Shown: positions 46,458 to 57,440, numbered from the stretch's first letter. The stretch: 64,000 bases of DNA from Patescibacteria group bacterium (GCA_041661745.1 JBAZTR010000001.1:186471-250470); one strand, 5' to 3'. Program-made: numbers and translations. Notes: generated by a model not told the origin, from the sequence alone.

Positions 46458-47087
46458 ATGCTCATGCTTCTCGCCATCACCATCAGTGCCCTCGCGGGTA
46501 CCTACCACGTGAACTTCCCGATCGTCAGCGGAGCTCCGACCAATCCGCTCGATGACGTCTTCGTCCTCACGGTCTCGGCGTGGGACCTCGACCAGAACCA
46601 GCAGAACGGGATCTACGACTCGAGCTGGCGCTTCATCAAGTGCGAGGCCAAGGACGGCGACCTCTACGTCCACTTCACCGGGAAGAAGACGGACTGGCCG
46701 ACCAGCTGGCCCCAGCAGGTCACCTGCTCGGGCTATGGCAACACCCTGGTCGTACACCCGGTGTCTCCGAGTGTGTACGAGCCGAGCATGATCGAGATCA
46801 CCGGCGACGACGAGATCTACTTCACGATGGCCACGGGGATCACCAAGCTCCGGACCATCAAGATCCCGGACGGCGACTACGACGTCGAGAGCTGCTTCGC
46901 GGCCCACGACGACAACGACGATCTGTGGAGCGGCGTCACCTGTGACCCGATCGCGAGCGACGACGACAACTTCGTGCGCGTCTACATCACCGGCGATGCG
47001 GCCGCGGGAACCGGAACCTGCGTCATCCCGGGGTTCAACAACACCCCGGACCTGACCATCACCATCAACCTCGACGGGCGTCCCTAG
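46458..47087 (+). CDS. secreted hypothetical protein, high GC, immediately after the Cys-rich peptide
   Basis: The 209-aa product has an N-terminal hydrophobic signal MLMLLAITISALAG. It starts 14 nt after the previous gene behind GGAGGA. No motif recognised. Confidence 0.5.
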   Translation: MLMLLAITISALAGTYHVNFPIVSGAPTNPLDDVFVLTVSAWDLDQNQQNGIYDSSWRFIKCEAKDGDLYVHFTGKKTDWPTSWPQQVTCSGYGNTLVVHPVSPSVYEPSMIEITGDDEIYFTMATGITKLRTIKIPDGDYDVESCFAAHDDNDDLWSGVTCDPIASDDDNFVRVYITGDAAAGTGTCVIPGFNNTPDLTITINLDGRP

Positions 47088-47138
47088 GTAGCCCCTCACC
47101 TCCTCACGCTACACATCGCAAGACGGTGTAGCGCTGAG

Positions 47139-47201
47139 CCCCCAGTCCGCCAAGACTGGGATTTTTTTATAAACAAAAAACAACCCTCCACGAAGGAGAG
47201 T
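47139..47201 (+). repeat. direct repeat B (copy of the terminator module at 46038-46100)
   Basis: See repeat A. Further hairpins follow (GCCAGTTTAACTGGC, AGAAAAAGCTTAGCTTTTTCT) and a 12-bp inverted repeat CACCAAGCTGAG/CTCAGCTTGGTG ends at the tRNA. Confidence 0.75.
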
Positions 47202-47320
47202 TGTTTTTAGTGAGCCAGTTTAACTGGCTTCACCAAGCTGAGTCTGAATTTTATTCTAGGTGCACCAGAGAAAAAGCTTAGCTTTTTCTCTTACAACAGA
47301 ATAAGAAACCAAGCTCAGCT

Positions 47321-47395
47321 TGGTGACCCCACCGGGAATCGAACCCGGATTTGCGCCGTGAGAGGGCGCCGTCCTAACCGTTAGACGATAGGGCC
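47321..47395 (-). tRNA. tRNA-Glu (anticodon CUC), CCA encoded
   Basis: The minus strand reads GGCCCTA-TC-GTCT-AACGGTTA-GGAC-G-GCGCC-CTCTCAC-GGCGC-AAAT-CCGGG-TTCGATT-CCCGG-TGGGGTC-A-CCA. The cloverleaf is complete, with U33, A37 and a canonical T-loop. Confidence 0.85.
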
Positions 47396-47638
47396 ATTAT
47401 AATTGCCATCTTTTAATTGTTTACGAATGAACCCTGAATTTTTTATTTGTTTTTCCCTTTGCAAAGCCTCTGTTTTACTCTGAAATTCCTCAGTATAAAT
47501 TAACTTATAAGGTCGATATGGTTTTGTTGATTTTGTTTTTCCACTATTGTGTTGTTTCAATCTTTTGTCAAGGTCAGCAGATGAACCTATATATAATCGT
47601 TCATCTTTTTCACTTTGTAAAACATAGACAAAATACAT
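47381..47638 (-). CDS. GIY-YIG nuclease (small UPF0213-type, homing-endonuclease-like), 3' end overlaps the tRNA 5' end
   Basis: The product MYFVYVLQSEKDERLYIGSSADLDKRLKQHNSG...PYKLIYTEEF.SKTEALQREKQIK is the classic GIY-YIG module. Its last 5 codons (GPIV plus stop) are encoded by tRNA positions 1-15. Confidence 0.8.
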   Translation of the reverse strand: MYFVYVLQSEKDERLYIGSSADLDKRLKQHNSGKTKSTKPYRPYKLIYTEEFQSKTEALQREKQIKNSGFIRKQLKDGNYNGPIV

Positions 47639-47648
47639 AGTTTTCAAA

Positions 47649-47709
47649 GGCGCCGTCCTAACCGCCCGGCGGAGCCGGGTCCGGCTTCGCCGGATTAGAC
47701 GATAGGGCC
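47649..47709 (-). pseudogene. duplicated tRNA-Glu 5' half (acceptor/D-arm/anticodon-stem 5' strand) with a 30-nt GC-rich hairpin insertion in the D-loop
   Basis: The minus strand reads GGCCCTATCGTCTAA[TCCGGCGAAGCCGGACCCGGCTCCGCCGGG]CGGTTAGGACGGCGCC. This equals positions 1-31 of the downstream tRNA and stops at the anticodon stem, directly abutting the GIY-YIG start. Confidence 0.6.
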
Positions 47710-47824
47710 GTTTTGACGCTGACTAAGATAACACAAAAAAAGTTTTTTGTCGAGGATTGACACAAAGCCAATTTTGTTATATTTTCATTTGTCGACACTT
47801 TTCCTCTCCAACCTGGAGGTATCG

Positions 47825-48100
47825 ATGAATCGCCACAAGTTTCTGGTCACAAGTGCACTCTTGGGGTCTCTGGCCGGCATCTCGTGGTTCGCGATGCTGG
47901 TCACAGCACCCGTGTCCATAGTTCTGCTCGTCTCCTCCACTCAGCTCATCGAGAAGTACCTGGGCGAGTGGTGGTCCTGCACCATCCTGCCCTTCGCCCT
48001 CGTGTACCTCGCGTACAACATCGTGATCGGGGGAACGGCCGCCTTCTGCTACCGGCGCTACATGCGACACACCCGCAGTGCCAATGCGGTCGCCTCCTAG
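47825..48100 (+). CDS. small high-GC membrane protein (two or three TM helices)
   Basis: MNRHKFLVTSALLGSLAGISWFAMLVTAPVSIVLLV... follows GGAGGT 6 nt upstream. The ORF track starts at 47747. Confidence 0.5.
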   Translation: MNRHKFLVTSALLGSLAGISWFAMLVTAPVSIVLLVSSTQLIEKYLGEWWSCTILPFALVYLAYNIVIGGTAAFCYRRYMRHTRSANAVAS

Positions 48101-48254
48101 CCTCCCGCACACCCGCTCGGTTGAGCCAACCATTGGCTCCCGACGGGTGCGCTTTTGTTTTAATTTGGTTTATTGACTTTTTTACTTTCTTACTCTATAA
48201 TTTTTTGTCCGATGTTCCTTCACATCATAGCCTCACAGATTAACCGAGGTCCAC

Positions 48255-49676
48255 TTGTCACAAAAGCACATCCTCACGCCATGGAATGTGCTGGTGGCAA
48301 TCATCGGTTCATTCCTTGGGTCAATCGCGTTGGTAAGCATTAACTCCGACATCGGATCTGATGCGGAAAAAATTGGCAGCTCGGCCTGGTTCATCATGCA
48401 AGGCATGCTGCCATACAAGGAGATCATCGAAGTTAACCAGCCCGGAACACTTTTATACCTGATGGGGCTCAAGTCGATTAGCCAATCAGACATGTGTTTC
48501 CGTCTGGCAGATCTGCTGATGCTTGCGATAATTGTAGGTCTACTGTGGCGTCTCGGCAAAACAACTGGGACCTTCGCCGCCGCGCCGGCCGTGTTCTATT
48601 CCGGGTTTCATCTAATCATGCTCGGACACAACGGCACTGTGCAGCGCGATGCAGTTATTACCGCGTTTGTGCTTGGTGCTGCAGTACTGGTCGTACAATG
48701 GGAAAAAGAACACCAGGACTGGCAACTCGCCGTGGCTGGGTTACTTATTGGCTGTGCCTCGACCATCAAGGTTGACGCTGTCCTGTTTGCTATACCCCTC
48801 GGCACCCTCGTACTGAAAAACGAGTGGCGTAAGCTGTCCCTTCCAATCGACGGCGCAATTCTACCGTTGATGGCCGTTGTTTTCTGGGTGGACTACTACG
48901 ATGCTCTCCCGGATCTGTGGTGGGTCATGACAACATTGATCCCCATAGCTAACGGCCCGGAGACGTACGGCCTCATGCCACAAATCCCCATCTGGATGCG
49001 CTTCGTGGTGACGATCGTCGCGGTGGTAATTTCCAGTGCCGCCGTCTATCGAAACCCGGGTCGTAATCTCATGTGGGCAATGACCATTATGGGTGCCCTG
49101 CACTTGATTGTGCAAAATAAGGGTTTCTGGTACCACTTCCTGCCAATCTTGGCTTTCGGCAGTGTGGCCATCATGCAGATGAAAAAACCAACGCGTTACC
49201 CTGTTGCCGTCGCGCTGGTTTGCACGTGGCCACTCATGTGGTTCATTCCGGACGATCAACAGAGCACGACGCATTCGGACGTTATTCCTGTCGAAACCGC
49301 GCTTCGGAACCTACCAACCGAGGCAAGAATACAACCTCTCACCTACGTGGACTCGGTGTCAGGCGCCATGGTCAAGGCTGGGCGACTGCCGGCAACTGGC
49401 ATGGTGTACGACCTGTTCCTTTTCATGGGGAAAGATACCCCGGCAAGGAACGAAATACGTCACCGTTTCCTCACGGATGTACAAAACGATCCGCCAGACT
49501 ACTTTGTCACAAGTCGCGACAGCGACCCAAGGGGCTTTGACAAACTGTTGGCCTGGCCGGAATTCAAGACTTGGCTTGAACAAAACTACATCATCGAAAT
49601 CGACAACGGCGTCTATCGGATCTACTGTTACAAATTCGCCAACAACCTAGTTTCTTCACGTACTTCCACCCCCTGA
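48255..49676 (+). CDS. high-GC polytopic membrane protein, possibly a GT-C-fold glycosyltransferase (DUF2029/PMT-like)
   Basis: The 473-aa product has 10 or more hydrophobic helices. The family call is a guess from overall architecture only. Confidence 0.4.
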   Translation: MSQKHILTPWNVLVAIIGSFLGSIALVSINSDIGSDAEKIGSSAWFIMQGMLPYKEIIEVNQPGTLLYLMGLKSISQSDMCFRLADLLMLAIIVGLLWRLGKTTGTFAAAPAVFYSGFHLIMLGHNGTVQRDAVITAFVLGAAVLVVQWEKEHQDWQLAVAGLLIGCASTIKVDAVLFAIPLGTLVLKNEWRKLSLPIDGAILPLMAVVFWVDYYDALPDLWWVMTTLIPIANGPETYGLMPQIPIWMRFVVTIVAVVISSAAVYRNPGRNLMWAMTIMGALHLIVQNKGFWYHFLPILAFGSVAIMQMKKPTRYPVAVALVCTWPLMWFIPDDQQSTTHSDVIPVETALRNLPTEARIQPLTYVDSVSGAMVKAGRLPATGMVYDLFLFMGKDTPARNEIRHRFLTDVQNDPPDYFVTSRDSDPRGFDKLLAWPEFKTWLEQNYIIEIDNGVYRIYCYKFANNLVSSRTSTP

Positions 49677-49753
49677 CTGGTAACACCAGACAGTGTGGTG
49701 GATTTTTTTATTAAAAAAATCGCGGCTGAACGCGATTACGAGAGTGAGCAAAA

Positions 49754-50140
49754 CTATTTCGTAAAGTAACCGGCATTTACTCGTTTGCCGGCTTCGGTGA
49801 GGGAAAACGTGAAGAAAAAGGAACTATCTTTTTTATAAGGCGGATGGCCGATGATCCCGACGTTCTCGATCAGCCCATCATCGATCATCTTCCCAATCCA
49901 AAACTTGAACGGAATGACCCAGTGGAAACGGTCGGCGTCAGCGGCCATCATCTGCTGAATGGTCATGGGCTTATCGGCAGCTTCCAGAATACCGAGGATG
50001 ATCGACCTAGCCCAGCGGTAACGCCACAGTGTCCAGTAGTAGGCACAGTGGAAAAGGACGAAGACCGTAACGACCACGGACACGCAACCGCACAAAAAAA
50101 CCACAAACGTGCTGGATAAATCCATGAGTACCTCCGACAA
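49754..50140 (-). CDS. hypothetical small membrane protein
   Basis: 128-aa product with an N-terminal TM FVVFLCGCVSVVVTVFVLF. Confidence 0.35.
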   Translation of the reverse strand: MSEVLMDLSSTFVVFLCGCVSVVVTVFVLFHCAYYWTLWRYRWARSIILGILEAADKPMTIQQMMAADADRFHWVIPFKFWIGKMIDDGLIENVGIIGHPPYKKDSSFFFTFSLTEAGKRVNAGYFTK

Positions 50141-50225
50141 AAAATTTAACCGAAAAACCCAAAAAAGTCAAGATAAAACCATCGAATAAATCGATGGTTT
50201 TCTTGAACAAAAACTTTAATAAATC

Positions 50226-52606
<2,381 letters not shown>

Positions 52607-52716
52607 TTAAACCAAAACCCTCGGGATTTCCAGAGGGTTTGGGTATTTCGTTTTATTTTGGTCTTTTCATAACGTTCGCTCAAGGCGAGCCCAGAACAAA
52701 CGTTTGTTCGGTTAAG

Positions 52717-53070
52717 TTAGCGATTCATGGAAACTGTGGACGGTGAGCCGGAAATGTACTGCGGGGTCGTCGCTTGAACCATGCCAAGCATTGGCACTTT
52801 GGCGGCGATATTTTCCATGGAACGAGTTTCGGCGATTTTTACCTGCATGGCTTGATTATCAAGCTCGAGTTGGTTGATAGCAGTTTCTAATTCGCGAATT
52901 TGATAGCCTTTGGTGGCTGAACCATTAACTTGAACAACGAAGGTCAAGGCAGTGGCAGCGGTTATAACAAAGACGATCAGATTCACGGCCGAAAGGTGAC
53001 GCGACAGAAAGGCCATGAAGCTGCGAGTTTTTCTGACGGATGTAAAGATAGTTTGGCTGAAGCGGGACAT
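52717..53070 (-). CDS. ftsL: cell-division protein FtsL-like (septum-formation initiator family)
   Basis: 117-aa single-TM protein with a coiled-coil segment. It lies directly downstream of rsmH in the mra cluster. Confidence 0.55.
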   Translation of the reverse strand: MSRFSQTIFTSVRKTRSFMAFLSRHLSAVNLIVFVITAATALTFVVQVNGSATKGYQIRELETAINQLELDNQAMQVKIAETRSMENIAAKVPMLGMVQATTPQYISGSPSTVSMNR

Positions 53071-53072
53071 AA

Positions 53073-53954
53073 TCAGATTTTTTCGGCCACCCGGAGTTTG
53101 GCGCTCCTTGAGCGCGGATTGCTTTCCATTTCCTCCTCCGATGGAACGATCACGTGTTTATTTATTATGTTTAAGGTTTTTTTATCGTTTCTTTTAAAGA
53201 AAGTTTTGACGATGCGGTCTTCCAAAGAATGGAAGGAGATAATCGCCAAGCGGCCGCCCGGTTTCATGATCTCGATAATTTTCGGCAGAGCTCGTTCCAA
53301 TTCACCCAACTCGTCATTTACAGTAATGCGCAGGGCTTGGAAAACTTTGGTGGCCGGATGGACCTTGCCGTGACGCGGCACAACCGTGGCAATCAGTTCG
53401 GCTAATTCAGTGGTTGTTGTAAACTTTTTTTCTCGACGGGCTTCGCGAATTGCTCGAGCAATCTTTTTGGCATTCCTATCTTCCCCGTAAACCAGAAAGA
53501 TGCGAGCTAATTCTTCTTCCGACCAAGTGTTGACTATTGTGTCTGCGGTCAATTCACCGGCCGGATCGTATCTCATATCAAGTGGTCCTTCAGTCTGGAA
53601 AGAAAATCCGCGTTCGGGATTATCAACGTGTACTGAACTGTAACCCAGGTCCAGAAGCACGGCAGCAGGAGAAACAAATCCTTGAGCATAGGCGTGTTGT
53701 GCCAGGTTGGCGTAGGAATCGTTAATGAATGTGATGTGGGCGACGTCTTTAGCCAAGTTGGCGCGAGACGCTTCGATTTGGCGCGGGTCGCGATCGAGAG
53801 CTAAAAGCAGACCAGATGGAGAAATCTTCTCCAGGATAGCTTTAGCGTGTCCGCCCAGACCAACCGTGCCATCAATGGCTTGGTCGCCCGGCCGGAGATT
53901 GAGGAGCTCGATCGTCTCCTTCAGCAAAACCGGAATGTGCTGAGTCGGTGCCAT
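53073..53954 (-). CDS. rsmH: 16S rRNA (cytosine1402-N4)-methyltransferase RsmH (MraW)
   Basis: The product has HIPVLL.E....L......DGT.G.GGH and D.GYSS. The start was moved to MAPTQHIPVLL. Confidence 0.85.
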   Translation of the reverse strand: MAPTQHIPVLLKETIELLNLRPGDQAIDGTVGLGGHAKAILEKISPSGLLLALDRDPRQIEASRANLAKDVAHITFINDSYANLAQHAYAQGFVSPAAVLLDLGYSSVHVDNPERGFSFQTEGPLDMRYDPAGELTADTIVNTWSEEELARIFLVYGEDRNAKKIARAIREARREKKFTTTTELAELIATVVPRHGKVHPATKVFQALRITVNDELGELERALPKIIEIMKPGGRLAIISFHSLEDRIVKTFFKRNDKKTLNIINKHVIVPSEEEMESNPRSRSAKLRVAEKI

Positions 53955-53955
53955 A

Positions 53956-54387
53956 CTAGACTCCGAGCTCCCCCAGCTGTTCGGCGATGCGCGAAGCATC
54001 GGCTTCGGTGGATTTTTTATATTCTTCCCACTTACCCGCGTCCCAAATTTCCATTCTGGTGTACAAACCGGCAACCACTACACTTTTCCCAAGTGCCGCG
54101 TACTGCCGGAGGTATTCCGGCAAAATCACCCTTCCCTGTTTGTCCAACTCCACGTCCATGGCACCAGCAAGCATGAGTCTGGCGAAGGCCCGAGAATTAG
54201 ACTGCCCCAGGGGCAAACCGGCCAACTTTGTGGCCAGCTTATCCCACTCCTCCTTGGGGAACAGGAAAAGAGAAGAATCAAGTCCGCGTGTAACCACTGC
54301 GCCTTGGGCTAATTCAGAACGAAATTTAACTGGCACGGCCAGTCGTCCTTTTTCATCGATAGTGTGATGATACTCGCCTATGAACAT
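53956..54387 (-). CDS. mraZ: transcriptional regulator MraZ
   Basis: MFIGEYHHTIDEKGRLAVP..FR and a second DKQGRVILP repeat match MraZ. The start was moved to MFIGEY. Confidence 0.85.
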   Translation of the reverse strand: MFIGEYHHTIDEKGRLAVPVKFRSELAQGAVVTRGLDSSLFLFPKEEWDKLATKLAGLPLGQSNSRAFARLMLAGAMDVELDKQGRVILPEYLRQYAALGKSVVVAGLYTRMEIWDAGKWEEYKKSTEADASRIAEQLGELGV

Positions 54388-54741
54388 AATAGTTAACACT
54401 TGGGAAGTCTCCCGAAGAGAAGGGGGCAAGTGCCCCCTGAACGAAGTCGAGCTGAGCTCGACGAAGTTCTTGTTAGTGGTGCCCTTTTTTGCTAAATAAA
54501 ATGTGAGCATCGGACATTTCAATCCAATCCCCACTTTTTTCCACCTGCACCCATTTTATTCCACTTTGATATTAGCGTCAAGAAAAACTTATCAACAAAA
54601 AAACCCTTTTTTCATTAAGGATTTTTTCACTTTTTAAATTTTCTGTGGATAACCCCGATTCCCCACTTTCACAAAAACCAAAACCCCACTAATTAATTTA
54701 ATCAGCAGGGTTGGTTGGTCTCGGTTAGAACCCTTAGGCTG

Positions 54742-54817
54742 TGGTGGACCCGACGGGAATCAAACCCGTATCTCTGGGTACCAAGCTCAGCGAGGTTATC
54801 GTTACCTCCACGGGCCC
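54742..54817 (-). tRNA. tRNA-like gene, probably tRNA-Pro (UGG), with atypical D- and T-loops; CCA encoded
   Basis: The minus strand reads GGGCCCG-TG-GAGG-TAACGATAA-CCTC-G-CTGAG-CTTGGTA-CCCAG-AGAT-ACGGG-TTTGATT-CCCGT-CGGGTCC-A-CCA. The acceptor and T stems are good. The D-loop lacks GG. The T-loop is TTTGATT. There is one A-C mismatch in the anticodon stem and U at 37. Confidence 0.45.
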
Positions 54818-55003
54818 AAATTAACCGAGGTCTTATAAAACAAAACAACTCCCAAAAACCGCTTGCGCGATTTATTAGGGGAGCTGTTATGTTGGCACCC
54901 AGAGACAAGATCCTTTTCAGAACCTCGCTGAGATATTTTTATTCCACCATAAAATCGACATTTTGTCAATCCTGGTATTGTGGAAAACAATCATTTTTTA
55001 AAA

Positions 55004-55246
55004 TTAAAAAACAAAACTCAAAATCGCAAAGATGGCGATAGCTGCCCAAACGACATTCAGAACAGTAAATGGATAATCTTTACGCCAAGCGGACTCGATA
55101 ATCAAACAAAGCGCACCGAAACCGTTCATTAACTGATAAGAAAGATCATGTACGGCCAAACGATCGAAAGAAACCAGCCCATAACCGCCAAGAACCAGAG
55201 CCACGCCGACCCAACCGAAAATGTTGATGATTAATTTTTTGTTCAT
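55004..55246 (-). CDS. small membrane protein
   Basis: 80-aa product with two hydrophobic helices. Confidence 0.35.
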   Translation of the reverse strand: MNKKLIINIFGWVGVALVLGGYGLVSFDRLAVHDLSYQLMNGFGALCLIIESAWRKDYPFTVLNVVWAAIAIFAILSFVF

Positions 55247-55257
55247 ATTTATTTTAG

Positions 55258-55326
55258 GTTAGTAGTATGTAGTATGTAGTGGGTAGGCAATAGATTTAAT
55301 CGGGAACTTTTGCCTACATACTACCT
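55258..55326. repeat. family-1 heptad repeats as an inverted pair without cargo
   Basis: AGTAGTATGTAGTATGTAGTGGGTAGGCAA, then a spacer, then TTGCCTACATACTACCTACTAC. Confidence 0.7.
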
Positions 55327-55327
55327 A

Positions 55328-56668
55328 CTACAAACTCGAACCAATCAATCCTCGGCCACGAACCACACGATGATATTTTACCGCAAAACGATGGGCTTCG
55401 TCACGGGCTCGTTGAAAAACCTCTTTACCCATGGCTGCCAGGCGTGCCAGTTCGCGATCATTAACATTATAAACCAACCGATCTTGTTTGCGATCAAAAC
55501 CCTTGGCAATACCGATCAGTGGTGTTTTCACCCCGGCCTCGCGCAAAACGCGAGCCACGCGATTTATCTGTCCTTCCCCACCGTCGATAATAAAGACTTC
55601 CGGCAAGGGCCATTCAGTATGTTTAAGACGACGACGCAGCACTTCCTCCAACATTGCCACGTCATTGGCACCTTTAACGCTTTTAATTTTAAATTTGCGA
55701 TAAAGATTCTTGGCCGGCTCGCCTGATTCAAAAACCACCATCGAGCCAACGGACGAAGTGCCGGAAATATTGCTGATATCGTAGGCCTCAAGGCGACCCA
55801 TCAAATCCAACCCTTCCTTTTCTGTTTTGGTTAGCGGCAAGGCAAAATCTTCGCGGGAAATCACGGCTACATCCTGAATGTGTTCCAGAGCGAAAATTTT
55901 GTTGCGTAATTTGGCAGCCGCCTCAAATTTCATTTCCTTGGACAACTGCTTCATGTCTTTTTTCATTTGGCTGACCAGACGCGATTTTTTCCCTTCAAAA
56001 AACAAAATCAACTGTTTAACGATGTTGTGATAATCTTTTTTAGAAATAGCCCCGGAACAAACGCCCGGACAACGGCCGATATGAACGTTAAAGCATGGTT
56101 TACTTCGACCAGTAACGGCTGGCGGCTGGCAATCGCTCCACTGAATAATTTTGCGAATCAAATCAAGGGCCTTGCGTAATGAAGCGCCGCTGGTGTACGG
56201 ACCAAAAACCGCCAAAAATTGTTTTTTGGCTTTTGGTGAAAGGGTGCGGCTAAACGGATTGATACCAAAACGTTCCAGTTCCAAACCACGATACAAAATC
56301 GGCCTGGGAAAATCTTCGTTGGTAATAGTAAGGTAAAGAAAACTTTTGTCATCGCGCTCCAAAATATTGTATTTGGGCCGGCGGGCTTTAATTTGGTTGG
56401 CTTCCAAAACCAGAGCTTCGATTACTGTTGGTGTCTCCGAATAATCAATTCTGGCGATTTGCGCCACCATTTCGGCAATCCGACGATCATGGGCTTTTGT
56501 AAAATACGAGCCAACGCGCTTTTTAAGCGAGGTGGCCTTGCCAACGTACATCAAAACTCCGGCCGTGTTGTAAAAGAAGTACACGCCCGGCGAATCAGGC
56601 AGCGCCTTGTTTTTAATTTTAATTTTTTTCGGGATCATATCTTTATTTGATTCTTCCACGCTTGACAA
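55328..56668 (-). CDS. uvrC: excinuclease ABC subunit C (short form)
   Basis: The product has the N-terminal GIY-YIG PGVYFFYN...LMYVGKATSLKKRV, a UvrBC-interaction region, and a C-terminal RNase-H-like/HhH domain. Confidence 0.85.
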   Translation of the reverse strand: MSSVEESNKDMIPKKIKIKNKALPDSPGVYFFYNTAGVLMYVGKATSLKKRVGSYFTKAHDRRIAEMVAQIARIDYSETPTVIEALVLEANQIKARRPKYNILERDDKSFLYLTITNEDFPRPILYRGLELERFGINPFSRTLSPKAKKQFLAVFGPYTSGASLRKALDLIRKIIQWSDCQPPAVTGRSKPCFNVHIGRCPGVCSGAISKKDYHNIVKQLILFFEGKKSRLVSQMKKDMKQLSKEMKFEAAAKLRNKIFALEHIQDVAVISREDFALPLTKTEKEGLDLMGRLEAYDISNISGTSSVGSMVVFESGEPAKNLYRKFKIKSVKGANDVAMLEEVLRRRLKHTEWPLPEVFIIDGGEGQINRVARVLREAGVKTPLIGIAKGFDRKQDRLVYNVNDRELARLAAMGKEVFQRARDEAHRFAVKYHRVVRGRGLIGSSL

Positions 56669-56726
56669 AAACCTTAAAAAATTTTAGTTTAATAGACCAC
56701 ACGTTCCTTCCAAGGGAGAACGAGAC

Positions 56727-57440
56727 ATGGCCAATGGCCTTGAAAAGGAAAAAGCTCTCATTGCTGCACTACGTCGGTACCTGGACATCCTCACTAATGA
56801 TGTTTGGGACCAAAGGCACTGCATCGATGGTGTGGTGCAATGGCCGCGTGAAGACTTGATCGGCACGCCGTTTTTTCGAAGACCAATCGCCCTCCAGATC
56901 ACATGGAACCGCGACAACTGGGATAAACGCACTGGAGCTATTGAAAAAGTCTCCCAGATTGCGAACAACTTGACTCTCTTGGAGATTAACTCCGAGGAAG
57001 TCACGCCACTGATTGTTTTCGGAGTTTTCACGGCTCTCTCGAGTCTCTGGCTCAACTCGGACTCTCCGGATTTTGTCCTGATCGAAGTCACGGCTGATGG
57101 AAACTATCGCATCAGTGATTTGTTGGAACGTTGGGAATCTTTCACAAGGAGAATCAAGACCAGTCTCCTTGGTCGAGAATTCCGCGGCCGCCTGGTCTGC
57201 TGGAACGGCACACATGGTTTCATTGACGCTGACATCCCAACGGAAAGCGGCAGTGGATCGGAACTCTTTACTTTCTTCTGTAGTGATCGTCATGTCGAAT
57301 CGGTAATCGTCGAACGTTTTGCTGGAGCCGGCCACATCGACGAGGCAAGGCAACCAACAGTCGCCTTTATCAACAATGGCCTCGGTTTCAACAAATTTCG
57401 AGGCCAGGCCACCAGAGTCCGACTCCTGTCAAACCCTTAG
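56727..57440 (+). CDS. hypothetical protein, moderately GC-enriched, on the opposite strand between uvrC and uvrA
   Basis: 237-aa ORF followed by CCCGGGC plus a T9 terminator-like run. No motif recognised. Confidence 0.45.
   Translation: MANGLEKEKALIAALRRYLDILTNDVWDQRHCIDGVVQWPREDLIGTPFFRRPIALQITWNRDNWDKRTGAIEKVSQIANNLTLLEINSEEVTPLIVFGVFTALSSLWLNSDSPDFVLIEVTADGNYRISDLLERWESFTRRIKTSLLGREFRGRLVCWNGTHGFIDADIPTESGSGSELFTFFCSDRHVESVIVERFAGAGHIDEARQPTVAFINNGLGFNKFRGQATRVRLLSNP

Noticed and set aside
46440-47099. 219-aa minus-strand ORF and several + frame ORFs (46552.., 46580..) over the 209-aa secreted-protein gene
   Set aside because: High-GC antisense or alternative-frame artefacts (RG/DR-rich). 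The selected frame has a signal peptide and RBS.
47381-47647. ORF-track start (TTG, MKTM...) for the GIY-YIG gene
   Set aside because: The ATG two codons downstream gives the canonical GIY-YIG N-terminus MYFVYVL. The TTG extension runs into the tRNA half-copy.
54702-55041. ORFs 54715..55041 + and 54702..54908 - overlapping the tRNA-like gene
   Set aside because: They span a tRNA cloverleaf and an AT-rich spacer, with no RBS. Spurious.
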